Source of the DNA: an uncultured Ignavibacteriaceae bacterium | GTDB taxonomy: Bacteria > Bacteroidota > Ignavibacteria > Ignavibacteriales > Ignavibacteriaceae | Reading direction: 5' to 3' | Length of the DNA: 64,000 bases | Assembly (NCBI GenBank): GCA_963812305.1 | Contig: CAWEUT010000025.1 | Span: forward strand, 8,930-72,929 | Shown here: in pieces, positions 1 through 10,630 of the stretch | How positions within the stretch are numbered: position 1 is the first letter of the stretch | Layout of the letters: each line of letters begins with the position of its first letter | Position numbers and translations under genes: made by a program | Notes under the pieces: generated by a model | Databases searched by the model: none | What the model was told of the DNA's origin: nothing | Seen by the model: only the letters and a program-made list of their open reading frames with translations

Positions 1-1
1 T

Positions 2-166
2 ATTGGTATTTCGCATTTGATAGAAGTTATTGAACAACTTAATCAGGGCAATGGTAAATTAGTTTTTACTAACCTTGATCCAACAATTGAAAAAACATTT
101 TCTATTATGGGATTGTTTCAGTTTGCCGATAAAGCCGATACTGTAGAGGCTGCTTTAAGTGCTTGA
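2..166 (+). CDS. STAS-domain protein (anti-sigma-factor antagonist family), C-terminal fragment; the 5' end is outside the window
   Basis: The frame is open from the window edge to TGA at 164-166 and translates IGISHLIEVIEQLNQGNGKLVFTNLDPTIEKTFSIMGLFQFADKADTVEAALSA. This is the typical C-terminal region of SpoIIAA/RsbV-like STAS proteins. It is absent from the ORF track because no start codon lies in the window. Confidence 0.5.
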   Translation: MGISHLIEVIEQLNQGNGKLVFTNLDPTIEKTFSIMGLFQFADKADTVEAALSA

Positions 167-222
167 TTATCATAGCGACTACAGATAAATATTTGTCTTC
201 GTTTTTTGGATAATTTTATTTC

Positions 223-314
223 TGTCATTTCGATCCCGATTCATCGGGAGAGAAATCTGATGAATATTGTCAAGCAGATTTCTCAGTCTGGCAGAGCCAT
301 TCTTCAAAATGACA
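223..314. repeat. REP/MITE-like imperfect palindromic element (TGTCATTTCGA ... TCAAAATGACA arms, inner CCCGATTCATCGGG hairpin)
   Basis: Outer arms tgtcatttcga / tcaaaatgaca and inner arms gagaaatctg / cagatttctc pair with each other. A clear second copy lies at 15222-15309, and related pieces lie at 38934-39021, 43275-43300 and 59505-59525. Confidence 0.7.
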
Positions 315-426
315 ATCTGGTAACTTGTCTTTAGACAGCATCATTAAAATTGTGTGATCAACAAATTCATCTTGCTTTTGATTTGAGCATCAAAAGTTAA
401 TATCCATTCATAAACAAAGATATATT

Positions 427-2028
427 TTGGAAAATAATAACCTTGTTGAAAAACTTGCTTTGCAGGTTGAGTCATTCCAGGAAGGATTTGAAGTTCTCTC
501 CAAATCCTTCAGTTTAGTTGAGATGGTAAAAAACTTTCTCCATATCATTCGCGGAAATTTTATAGTAACAGAAATCTATGCTTTTCATAAAATAAAAGAC
601 ATCCCTAATTGGAAAAATATTTCGCTGCAAAAAATTCCTGACGAATCATATTTAACTTACCTTTATGATTCTAATAATCCTTCAATAAAATATTTTGAGA
701 ATCAACAAATTGAAGTTTCAATTCTGCTTCCGCTTGTAGATCAATCCTATCTCGGAATTCTGATAGGTCCAAAGCTGGATAAATCCCGATTCACAGAACT
801 TGATAAAATTACATTACAGATATTAATTCAAGTGTTTGATAGTGCCCATAAATCATTCATAAATCAAAAAAAAGAAAAGTCATTAATATTTGGATTAAAT
901 GAAAAAGTAGTACAATTGAATAATCTAATCGACACTGTAATCGAAGCCTCGCGATACGATAAAAGAAGCGTGCTATTTGAATTGTCTCTTGAGAGGATTA
1001 CATCTCTGACAAATGCTTCTTCTGCGTTATTGCAAATCAGCAAAGAAGATAAAATTGAGCAGCACTATTCCTTTCCTGGAAATATTGATAAAAATAAGAT
1101 TCTAAATTCAAAGTTTAAATTAGAATCCTCATTCACCTATAACAATTTATCGTATCATTTTACACTTGCAGAAAAAGAAACACGTCACGGAGTTACTAAC
1201 TTTAATGAACTTGACAAACTACTCTTAGATGCTATTGCCCGTCAGGTACAGGCTTCAATCGAAAATCAATTTCTTAATAGTCAGGCTATTGAAAAAGAAA
1301 AAATGGAGCAGGAGTTAAATGTTGCCGCTTCAATTCAGCAAAGAATTCTTCCAACAGCATTACCAAAAATAGAAGGATTCGATCTTGCAGGAATTAATAT
1401 TCCATCAAAAGAAGTTGGCGGAGATTATTATAATTGCATTGATCTTGGAAACGGTAAGTTTGCTTTAATTATTGCTGATGTTGCAGGAAAAGGAATTGGA
1501 GCAGCATTGCTTGTTAGCACTTTAGATGCATCATTATATTCATATTTACAATTCGATATTCCTCTCACGGAAATGGCAGATAGATTAAATAAATTAATTT
1601 ATAAATCTTCTCCTGCGGATAAATACATAACATTTTTTATTGCCGTATTGGAATCAAAAACAGGTGAGTTGGATGTTGTTAATGCAGGACATAATCCGAT
1701 TTTCCTATTAAGAGAAAACGGTACAATGGAAAAACTTGATGCTGGTGGTGTGGGACTTGGAATGTTTGACTTTGGAATCCCATTCGCCGGACAAAAATCA
1801 ATTATGAATCCGGGTGATAAACTTTTCCTTTACACAGATGGCATCCCTGAAGCGATGAATGAAAAAGAAGAAGAATACTCAGATGAAAAAATGATTAAGT
1901 TTTTTACAGATAATTCAAACGCACCCTCCAAAGAATTTATTGATTCATTAGTAAAAGATGTTAAAGGATATTCAGGAACAGCTCCGCAAAGCGATGATAT
2001 AACAGCAATGATTCTTAAAAGAAATTGA
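427..2028 (+). CDS. SpoIIE-family PP2C serine phosphatase (RsbU-like) with an N-terminal GAF-like sensor region
   Basis: 533-aa ORF with a TTG start per the track. The C-terminal half carries SpoIIE motifs: EVGGDYYNCI, IADVAGKGIGAAL, NAGHNP, LYTDGIPEA, QSDDITAMIL. It is the most divergent of the eleven phosphatases in the window. Confidence 0.85.
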   Translation: MENNNLVEKLALQVESFQEGFEVLSKSFSLVEMVKNFLHIIRGNFIVTEIYAFHKIKDIPNWKNISLQKIPDESYLTYLYDSNNPSIKYFENQQIEVSILLPLVDQSYLGILIGPKLDKSRFTELDKITLQILIQVFDSAHKSFINQKKEKSLIFGLNEKVVQLNNLIDTVIEASRYDKRSVLFELSLERITSLTNASSALLQISKEDKIEQHYSFPGNIDKNKILNSKFKLESSFTYNNLSYHFTLAEKETRHGVTNFNELDKLLLDAIARQVQASIENQFLNSQAIEKEKMEQELNVAASIQQRILPTALPKIEGFDLAGINIPSKEVGGDYYNCIDLGNGKFALIIADVAGKGIGAALLVSTLDASLYSYLQFDIPLTEMADRLNKLIYKSSPADKYITFFIAVLESKTGELDVVNAGHNPIFLLRENGTMEKLDAGGVGLGMFDFGIPFAGQKSIMNPGDKLFLYTDGIPEAMNEKEEEYSDEKMIKFFTDNSNAPSKEFIDSLVKDVKGYSGTAPQSDDITAMILKRN

Positions 2029-2079
2029 ATCTTTCATAAACAGTTCACCTCATTTATTTAAATTTTATTTGGATTTACT

Positions 2080-5000
2080 ATGCGACTAATTAATAATACT
2101 TTCTTAATAATAGTTTTTCTGATATTGAATTATGCGGAAATTCATTCGCAGGAAATTCATGTAGAAAAAATCTCAATACCGGAAGGTCTCTCCAATACAA
2201 CTGTCAAAAGATTATTCCAGGATAGTTACGGACTTATCTGGATACCCACAGAAGATGGTCTTAATGTTTATGATGGATATAAAATAAAAATTTATAAAAA
2301 TATTCCTGGTAACCCCAAAAGTATTGTAGATAATAGTGTTTGGTGTGTTTCTGAAGATAAAGACAGAAATATCTGGATCGCTACGGAAGCAGGTGTTTCA
2401 AAATATATTCCTTCAGAAAATACATTTGTCAACTATGAAACTAAAGATATGGTTGCAAATATAAATGTCGGTTTAGCAAGAATTAATTTTATTTATGTTG
2501 ATTCAAAAAATAATGTCTGGGCTTCAACCAATTCGGTTGGAATAGTTAAGTACGATCGCAAATCTGATAAATGGGAACAAATAAAAGTAATTGTATCAGA
2601 TTCAATTTCTTATTATGCACCAAGTAGTGAAAGCAGTTATCCTATTACTGAAGACAATGATGGCAAGATTTGGGCTGGCAATTTTGGTTATGGGTTACTC
2701 TATTATGATTCAGATAAAAACGTTTTTAGACAGGCAGAAATAAAACGAAATTCTAAAACTCCAAATTTTGCACAAACGGGCAAAGAGATAACAGAACTTT
2801 ATTTCGATCAGAATAATGTTTTATGGTTAACTAACAGAAGTGGTGTTTATAAATACTATCCAAAGTCCTGCGAGTTAAAAACGATTGAAGAATATTCTGA
2901 TTACCAGTTAACATTTTTTGCTTATTATAATGGCATCACGCAGGACAAAGACGGAAATATCTGGATAGCAAATAATTTTCGCGGCTTATTAAAGTTTGAT
3001 GGTATTTCTGATAGTTATAAACGAATCCAAATTGAAGGAATTGGCTCTTTTTCAGATGGAAGATCAGAGATATTATTATCTGATGTTATGTTAGATAATA
3101 CCGGACTTCTATGGTTTGGTACAACGCTTGGCCGGTGTATTTAAATACAATCCGGATGCAGAACCCTTTATTCATTATAAAAATGATCCCAAAAATAAGT
3201 CCAGCATAAATAGCAGCCAGATATTTAGTATTGTCGAATCAAAAAAATATCCCGGTAAAATTTATGTTGGAACAAGGGGCGGAGGATTAAACTCATTTAA
3301 TCCTGTAACAAAATCATTTACGAATATTCCTTACAAAGTTATAAAGGATGTTTTTGGCGGATCGGTCCGGGCTATTTTAGAAGAACCTGATGGTTCATTA
3401 TGGCTCGGTACCTGGGGTGACGGACTTCTCAAAATGAATTCCAATTATGAGGTTGTTGAAAGATATACCCGCGATTCAACTAATACTAACAGTCTTTCTG
3501 ACGATAATATAAGAGTGATAAAGAAAGATAATAATGGAAATTATTGGTTAGGTGGTGCTGACCAAAGTTTAAATTTTATGGACGGAAAAACTAAAAAGAT
3601 ATCAAGAATCAATGAAGGAATATCTAATTATCCACAGGAATTAATTAATCTTCTAAAACAAAAGAACAAAGAAAAAAAATATTTAGCAGAGATAAAAGAA
3701 ATTGGTGATGCACAAGATCTAACACAAAAATTCTCCATATCTCAAAGTGGTGAATATCTTATTGTATCCGCAGGAGAAGGTGTAATTAGCAGAGATTCAT
3801 CGATGGCTGATTATGGATGGTTAGAAGACAGTAAAGGAAAAAAAATCTGGACATCTGTCGACATTTTAAAATCATATCATCTGGGCGGTGCGCCTAAAAA
3901 TAGAATTTATGCGGAGTTAATAAAACTTACGCCCGGTCAATATTCTTTACGATATGTTTCTGATAACAGCCATTCTTATAATCGATGGAATGCTGTTTCT
4001 CCTTATAACAAAGAATTTTGGGGTATAAGAATTTATCAAATGAGTGATGATGCTGAAGTTCAGACAATTCGCAATTATATAAAAGAAGCTGAAGGAAACA
4101 GATTTGCAAAAGGCGGAAACATAAGATCAATTAATGTTTCCGGGGATATTGTTTGGATTGGCAGTGATGATAATGGATTAACTAAATACAATATCAAAAC
4201 AAAGGAAGCAAAAAATTATTATTATCAGTTAAACAATCCCAATTCAATTAGTAACAACAGCGTTCAATTTATTTATGTAGATCCGAATGGCATTTTATGG
4301 TTAGCAACTAACGGTGGACTAAATAAGTTTGATCCAAAAACTGAAAAGTTCACTATCTATACAGAAGAAGACGGACTGCCTACAAATTATATTGCTTCAA
4401 TTTTACCCGGCAATAATGATGATCTTTGGCTGGCAACACGAAGCGGTATTTCTAAAATGATAAAGAATAAAATTACGGGTAAAGTTACATTTGTAAATTA
4501 TGATACCGAAGATGGATTAGGCGGAACAGACTTTGTAGCATTGGTTGCTCTTAAATCCAGCAGCGGCAAATATTATTTTGGCGGAGAGCATGGCTTGAAT
4601 GAATTTGGTGATGTTACAGTAAATCAAACTCCTCCAGCACTGATATTTTCAGATTTAAAAATATCCAACAAATCTGTTTTTATAATGGGTGATGATTCAC
4701 CTTTAACAACATCGATTTATGATTTAGAAAGTTTAACTCTAACTCATACTCAAAATGATTTAAGTTTTGAATATGCAGCTTTGCATTATGCCAAACCATC
4801 AAAAAACCAATATGCTCATATGCTAAAGGGCTACGATGAAGATTGGATTTATGATAATAAAAGATTTGCAACCTACACAAATTTAGATCCCGGTGAATAT
4901 GTGTTTATGATTAAAGGGTCAAACAGAGATGGAGTTTGGAATGAGAAGGGCAAATCTATTAACATTACAATACTTCCTCCGTGGTGGCTTACAACCTGGG

Positions 5001-5908
5001 CATACATCGGTTATGGGTTTTTATTCTTAGGATTTGTTTTTGTTGTGGATAGAGTTCAAAGAATAAGATTACTTACTAAAGAAAAAGAAAAACAAAAGTT
5101 AATTGAAGCCGAACATCGTATTGAAGCTGCAGAACTTAAAGCTAAAGCAACAGAAGCAGAAAGAAAAGTTCTGCAAGTTGAATTTGATATGAAGAAAAAA
5201 GAACTTGAAGAAGCTCGCGAACTTCAATTATCCATGCTTCCAAAAGAACTGCCTAATCTGCCACATCTTGATATTGCTGTTTATATGAAAACAGCTACTG
5301 AAGTAGGTGGGGATTATTATGATTTTCACGTTGGTATGGATGGAACTTTAACTGTTGTTATCGGCGATGCTACAGGACACGGAATGAAAGCCGGAACTAT
5401 GGTTACTGCAACTAAAAGTTTATTCAGTTCACATGCCGGCAATCCGGATATACTTTTTACATTTCAGGAAATTACTCGCTGCATAAAACATATGAATATG
5501 CACCTGGTTTCTATGTGTCTTTCAATTTTAAAAATACAGGGAAATAAAATACAGCTATCTGCAGCGGGTATGCCTCCTGCACTTTTATATAGAAGCAAAA
5601 CTAAATCAGTTGAAGAAATTGTTTTAAAAGGTATGCCTCTCGGAGCCTATCAGGATTTTCCTTATGAATTACGAGAGATGGAAATATTTTCAGGAGATAC
5701 AATCTTTCTAATGAGTGACGGATTGCCTGAATTATTCAACAGAAAAAAAGAAATGTTTGGATATGAAAGAATACTGGAACTGTATAAAAACTCTGCTGTC
5801 AAAAATCCGGAAGAGATAATTCAAGTACTCAAAACTGCTGGTTCAGACTGGACAAATAATGACGCACCTGATGATGACATTACGTTTGTTGTGATTAAAG
5901 TAAAATAA
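2080..5908 (+). pseudogene. Periplasmic Reg_prop beta-propeller / Y_Y_Y sensor - TM - coiled coil - SpoIIE phosphatase; one frameshift as assembled (possibly a sequence error)
   Basis: Track fragments 2080..3144 and 3116..5908 overlap. The first ends LLWFGTTLGRCI* and the second reads ...LAGVFKYNPD. Removing one base near 3131-3133 gives LLWFGTTLGGVFKYNP, a normal propeller blade. Other evidence: signal peptide, repeated G(L/F)xxYDG...IW(I/L)(A/G)T blades, Y_Y_Y (LSFEYAALHYAKPSKNQYAHMLKGYDEDW...YTNLDPGEYVF), TM WAYIGYGFLFLGFVFVV, and SpoIIE motifs GGDYYDF, GDATGHG, MSDGLPE, DDDITFVVIKVK*. Confidence 0.85.
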
Positions 5909-5920
5909 AAATTTTAATAG

Positions 5921-6049
5921 CCCCAGACCTTTAGGTCGGGGTAAGTAAGTATAATCTCAATGATTGCGGGCTTTAGCCCAATATTGAATTACAATTTGGC
6001 TAAAGCCAATTCCTAGATTTTGATTTAGTCCCCGACCTAAAGGTCGGGG
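5921..6049. repeat. Nested palindromic intergenic element bounded by two CCCCGACC-TTTA/TAAA-GGTCGGGG hairpins
   Basis: The outer hairpins are ccccagacctttaggtcgggg (5921-5941) and ccccgacctaaaggtcgggg (6030-6049). They enclose the smaller hairpins gggctttagccc and ttggctaaagccaa. The whole 5909-6144 spacer is homologous to 15172-15436, sharing the start aatagccccgac and the end ctaaagaatta...gattcg(c/t)aa(c/t)gacaaa. Confidence 0.7.
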
Positions 6050-6150
6050 CAATCTAAAGAATTAATTAGTTTGCTTCGCCCACAAAGTGGGATTCGCAAC
6101 GACAAAAAAATAATAAATAATATGTTATTAATTAAAGAAAGGAATTGTTT

Positions 6151-6516
6151 ATGAAAATTATGGTAGTTGATGATGAACAAGATATGAAACTCCTCTTTGA
6201 GCAAAGATTTAGAAAAGAGATTAAGACCGGTCAGGTTGCTTTTCTCTTTGCTTTTTCTGGTGAAGAGGCTCGTGATTATCTTAAATCAAATGGAACGGAA
6301 AACGTTAACAAGATATTATCGGATATAAATATGCCCGGAATGAATGGATTAGAATTACTTAAGTGGATAAAAGAAAATTATCCAGAACTAAAGGTTGCGA
6401 TGATAACCGCATATGGTGATCAAAATAATTATAATCAAGCAATAGAATATGGATGTGACGACTATATGACTAAACCAATCGATTTTGATCAATTAAAAGA
6501 AAAAGTTTTTAAGTAA
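6151..6516 (+). CDS. Stand-alone response-regulator receiver (CheY-like REC) protein
   Basis: MKIMVVDDEQD..., the phospho-acceptor context ILSDINMPGMNGLELL, ITAYGD, and TKPIDF. The track starts the ORF at TTG 6145; ATG 6151 follows aggaa and is preferred here. It is paralogous to the REC of 10631..11788. Confidence 0.85.
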   Translation: MKIMVVDDEQDMKLLFEQRFRKEIKTGQVAFLFAFSGEEARDYLKSNGTENVNKILSDINMPGMNGLELLKWIKENYPELKVAMITAYGDQNNYNQAIEYGCDDYMTKPIDFDQLKEKVFK

Positions 6517-6565
6517 TCTTTTTTAAGCAATAAAAATATTAATTAAAAATAATTGTGGATCTGGA

Positions 6566-9500
6566 ATGAAAACAATCAAAACTGAAACTATTAATCCTAA
6601 AAAAGAAAATGAATTATTAAAAAAACAGCTTGCTCAGAAAGAAGCTGAACTTGCAATTATTAATAGTGTTGGCGAAGCGATGTCCAAAGAGTTGGATATA
6701 AACACTGTTACAAAAATTGTTGGAGATAAGGTAAGAGAAATATTTAATACTGAAGTAACAGAGATTCTATTACTGGATCATGAAAAAATGATGATTGAAA
6801 TTCCTTATTCATATTATAATGGATATCAGACTTTTGAAGCTTTTCCTCTGGGTGGTGGGTTGACTTCAAAAGTTATTAATTCCAGAAAACCACTGTTATT
6901 ACATACGCTTGAAGATCAAATTAAAAATGGTGCAATAATTCAAAGCGATGAAGACAAGACAGAGTCCTACATGGGAGTACCTATTTTGTTTAATGATAGG
7001 GTGTTGGGAGTAGTTAGCGTACAGAGTTATAAGAAAAATGTATATGATGAAAACAATGTTCGGCTTCTTTCAACTCTATCAACAAATATGGGTGTAGCTC
7101 TTCAAAATGCCAAACTGTTTGATAAAACAAAAAAATTACTAAATGAAACTGAGCAGCGCACGGCAGAACTAGTCAGTAATTAACAGCGTACAGGAAGGTC
7201 TTGCACGTGAACTTGAAATAAACGGGATATATGTAATGTGGTAGGCGAAAAACTACGAGAAATATTTAATGCTCAGGTCATAGACTATAGGCACTATGAT
7301 AAGTATGACGATAACCAGATATGCAGACATTAGCTTTGTTTGTACGAAAAAGGTGAACAGCCTTAACATTCCACCTCGGCCACCAAGAGCCTTCAGGGAT
7401 GTAATGGAAACAATGTAATCGAAACATGACAGCCATTAATGCTTAATAAAGATGTCAGATAAGGAAATGACTAAAATATGGTAACGTTCAGTTGCAATTG
7501 GTGAAATACCAGGAAATCTAATATTTTTGTTCCAATGATAGTTGGCGATGAACGTGTACACGGAGTAATAAGTTTACAAGAATCTCGAAAACGAAAATGC
7601 ATTTAATGATTCGGATGTAAGCCTGCTTACCACTCTAGCAAATCGTAATGAGCATTGCTCTGGAAAATGCAAGACTATTTGATGAAACAAATAAACTTTT
7701 GGAAAAAACAAAACAACAAGCTATTGAATTGGGTATAATCAATAGTGTTGGCGAGGGCTTAGCTAAACAATTGGACTTTCAATCTATCGTTGATTTGGTG
7801 GGAGACAAAATTAGAGAAGTATTTAATGCAGAAGTAGTTTCAATTTCAACATACGATGCAAGTAATGAAAAAATTCATCACAGGTATGTTGTTGAAAAAG
7901 ATGAAAGGTTTTACTTTGACACACCAATTGAAATCGATCCCGATAGAAAAGAAATAATCGAAACAAAACTCCCATTAATTTTTGGATCAAGTCAGGAAAT
8001 TATTGAACACAGTGGTGAACAAGTTCTCGATGGCGAAATGCCGGAATCATTTTTGGGCGTACCAATCATTCATAATCAAATGGCTACCGGTGTAATTACT
8101 ATTCAGGATTTAGATCGAAAAAATCTATATACAGAAAAGGATGGACAGTTACTTCTTACACTTGCATCTAATATGGGTGTTGCGCTTGAGAACGCTAGAT
8201 TATTCGAAGAAACAAAAAGATTATTAAATGAAACTCAGCAAAGAAATGTTGAACTTGCTATATTAAACGCTATACAGGAAGGGCTAGTAATGGAGATGGA
8301 TTTTCACTCCATAATTAATCTTGTTGGTGACAAATTCAGAGAAGCTTTGGGATTTCTTGATCTTGGAATTAGAATTTATGATAAAGAAAAAAATATTCTT
8401 CATTTCCCTTACGAATATGAGCATGGAGAAAAACTAGATCTTCCTTCAGGCGAACCAACTGTATTTTCCAAATATGTTTTGGAAAAAGGTGAGACACTTC
8501 TGTTAAATGAGAATACAGATGAAGAAGCCGCAAAACTGGGAATCACCGGTAACTTGACTATACCTGGAACCGACAGAAGCAAATGTCTTATAATGGTTCC
8601 GATTATGCTCGGCAACATTGCCAAGGGATTAATTCTGATTGAGAATTATGAACGAGAAAATGCATTTACGGAATCAGAAATTCGGTTACTTACAACAATC
8701 GCCAACAGCATGAGTGTTGCTTTAGAAAATGCACGATTATTTGATGAGACAAACCGATTATTAAAAGAAACTGAGCAACGTACTGCGGAATTATCTGTAA
8801 TAAATAGTGTGCAGGAAGGATTAGCAAAAGAACTAGATACAATGGGAATTTATAATCTAGTTGGTGACAGGCTCTGCAGTTTATTTCCCGATTCTCAAAC
8901 TCTGGTTATCCGAACATTTAATCATGATACTGGTCTTGAAGAGTGGCAGTTATGCCGTGGAAAAGGGAATTCGATTAGAAGTTGAACCACGTCCATTCAT
9001 TTGGGCAAATAAACAACTTATAGAAACTAAGAAACACCTTGATATACGTGAAAATTATGTAGAGACAGCAAAAAAATATGGCGGTACGGGAGTTTCAAAA
9101 GGTCAGCCTCCTAAATCTGCGGTCTTTGTTCCAATGATAGCAGGAGATGTAGTTATTGGTTCAATTAGTCTCCAAAATATTGATAAAGAAAATGCGTTTA
9201 GTGAATCCGATGTTAGATTGCTGACCACAGTGGCAAATAGTATGAGTGTTGCTCTGGAGAATGCACGTTTATTTGATGAAACATTAAGACTTCTTGATGA
9301 AAGTAAAAAGCGCGCAGCAGAATTAGGTACTGTTAATAGTATTAGTCAGGCTATAGCAGGACACCTTGAAATTGACAAACTTATTCACCTAGTTGGTGAA
9401 AAGGTTCGAACATTATTCAATGCAAATATCGTTTACCTGGCATTGCTGGATAAGGAAAAAGAAATTATTGAGTTCCCGTATGGTTACGGAGATGATTATC

Positions 9501-10630
9501 CACCGCTAAAATTAGGTGAGGGATTAACATCGAAAATAATTTTGAAGAAAGAACCCCTCCTTATAAATCATGAAGTTGATAAAAAAACTGAACAACTTGG
9601 TGTACAAAGAATAGGAACTCGTTCTGCATCTTATCTTGGTGTTCCAATTCCTGTCGGTGAAGAGATAATTGGAGTATTAAGTGTTCAAAGTACTGAAAAT
9701 GAAAATGTTTTTTCTGATGATGATATGAGGCTTCTTGGAACCATTGCTGCTCATGTAGGTATAGCAATTAATAATGCCAATGCTTATGAAGAGTTAACTA
9801 AGACTTTACAAAATCTTGAAGCTACGCAAGTACAGCTTATCGCTCAGGAAAAACTTGCCTCACTCGGTCAGTTAACTGCAGGTATTGCTCATGAAATAAA
9901 AAATCCTTTGAACTTTGTTAACAATTTTTCTGAGCTCTCGGTTAATTTAGTTGATGAGCTAAGAGAAGAGTTTGAAAAACTTAAAGGCAAAGTTGACGCA
10001 ACCGTACTGGAAGAATTGGAAGATATTCTAAAAACATTAAAACAGAATTCTGAAAAAATTAAAGAGCACGGAAAGAGAGCTGATAGTATTGTTCATAGCA
10101 TGCTGCAGCATTCAAGAGGTAAGACAAGTGACAAACAGTTGACAGATATTAATTCAATGCTTGACGAAGATCTAAATCTTGTGTATCACGGTATGCGCGC
10201 ACAGGATAGCACCTTTAATATTAAGATTGAAAGGGAATACGATAAAACCATAAGTAAGATAAATGTAATACCGCAGGATATAAGTCGTGTGTTTTTAAAT
10301 ATACTTACTAATGGATGTTATGAAGCCCATAGGAAAAAGTTAGAATTAAAAACAGAAGACCCTGCAAAGATAAAAGTTAGAACTTCTGAAACTGATAAGT
10401 TTATTGAAGTACGAATCAGAGATAACGGCAGCGGTATTCCTGAAAAAATCAGAGGCGATCTTTTTACACCTTTCTTTACAACCAAACCAACAGGAAAAGG
10501 TACCGGTCTTGGTTTATCGATAAGCTATGACATAGTAGCAAGAGAACATCATGGTGAACTTCTATTTGAAACTGAAATAGACAAGTACACTGAATTTATT
10601 ATCCGATTACCTAAAAATCTTAAAAACTAA
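6566..10630 (+). pseudogene. Cytoplasmic sensor histidine kinase with six tandem GAF modules + HisKA + HATPase_c; the frame is broken several times as assembled
   Basis: Track fragments are 6566..7183, 7648..8985 and 8861..10630, with a heavily frame-shifted stretch at 7184-7647. The linker ALENARLFDET(N/L)(K/R)LL(K/N/D)E(T/S).(Q/K)R..EL..(I/V)NS(V/I) recurs about every 540 nt: 7120, 7660, 8190, 8710, 9250 and 9780. Kinase motifs: H-box LTAGIAHEIKNPLNFV, N-box LNILTNGCYEA, G1 RDNGSGIP, G2 GKGTGLGLSISYDIV. Frame breaks lie near 7178, at many positions in 7184-7647, and near 8948. Confidence 0.8.

Noticed and set aside
6566-10630. Regular ~540-nt periodic repeats (also 39690-42570) that could be mistaken for a repeat array or CRISPR-like structure
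   Set aside because: The period is far too long. The repeats are in frame and encode protein linker helices between sensor modules. No short direct-repeat/spacer organisation or cas genes are present anywhere in the window.
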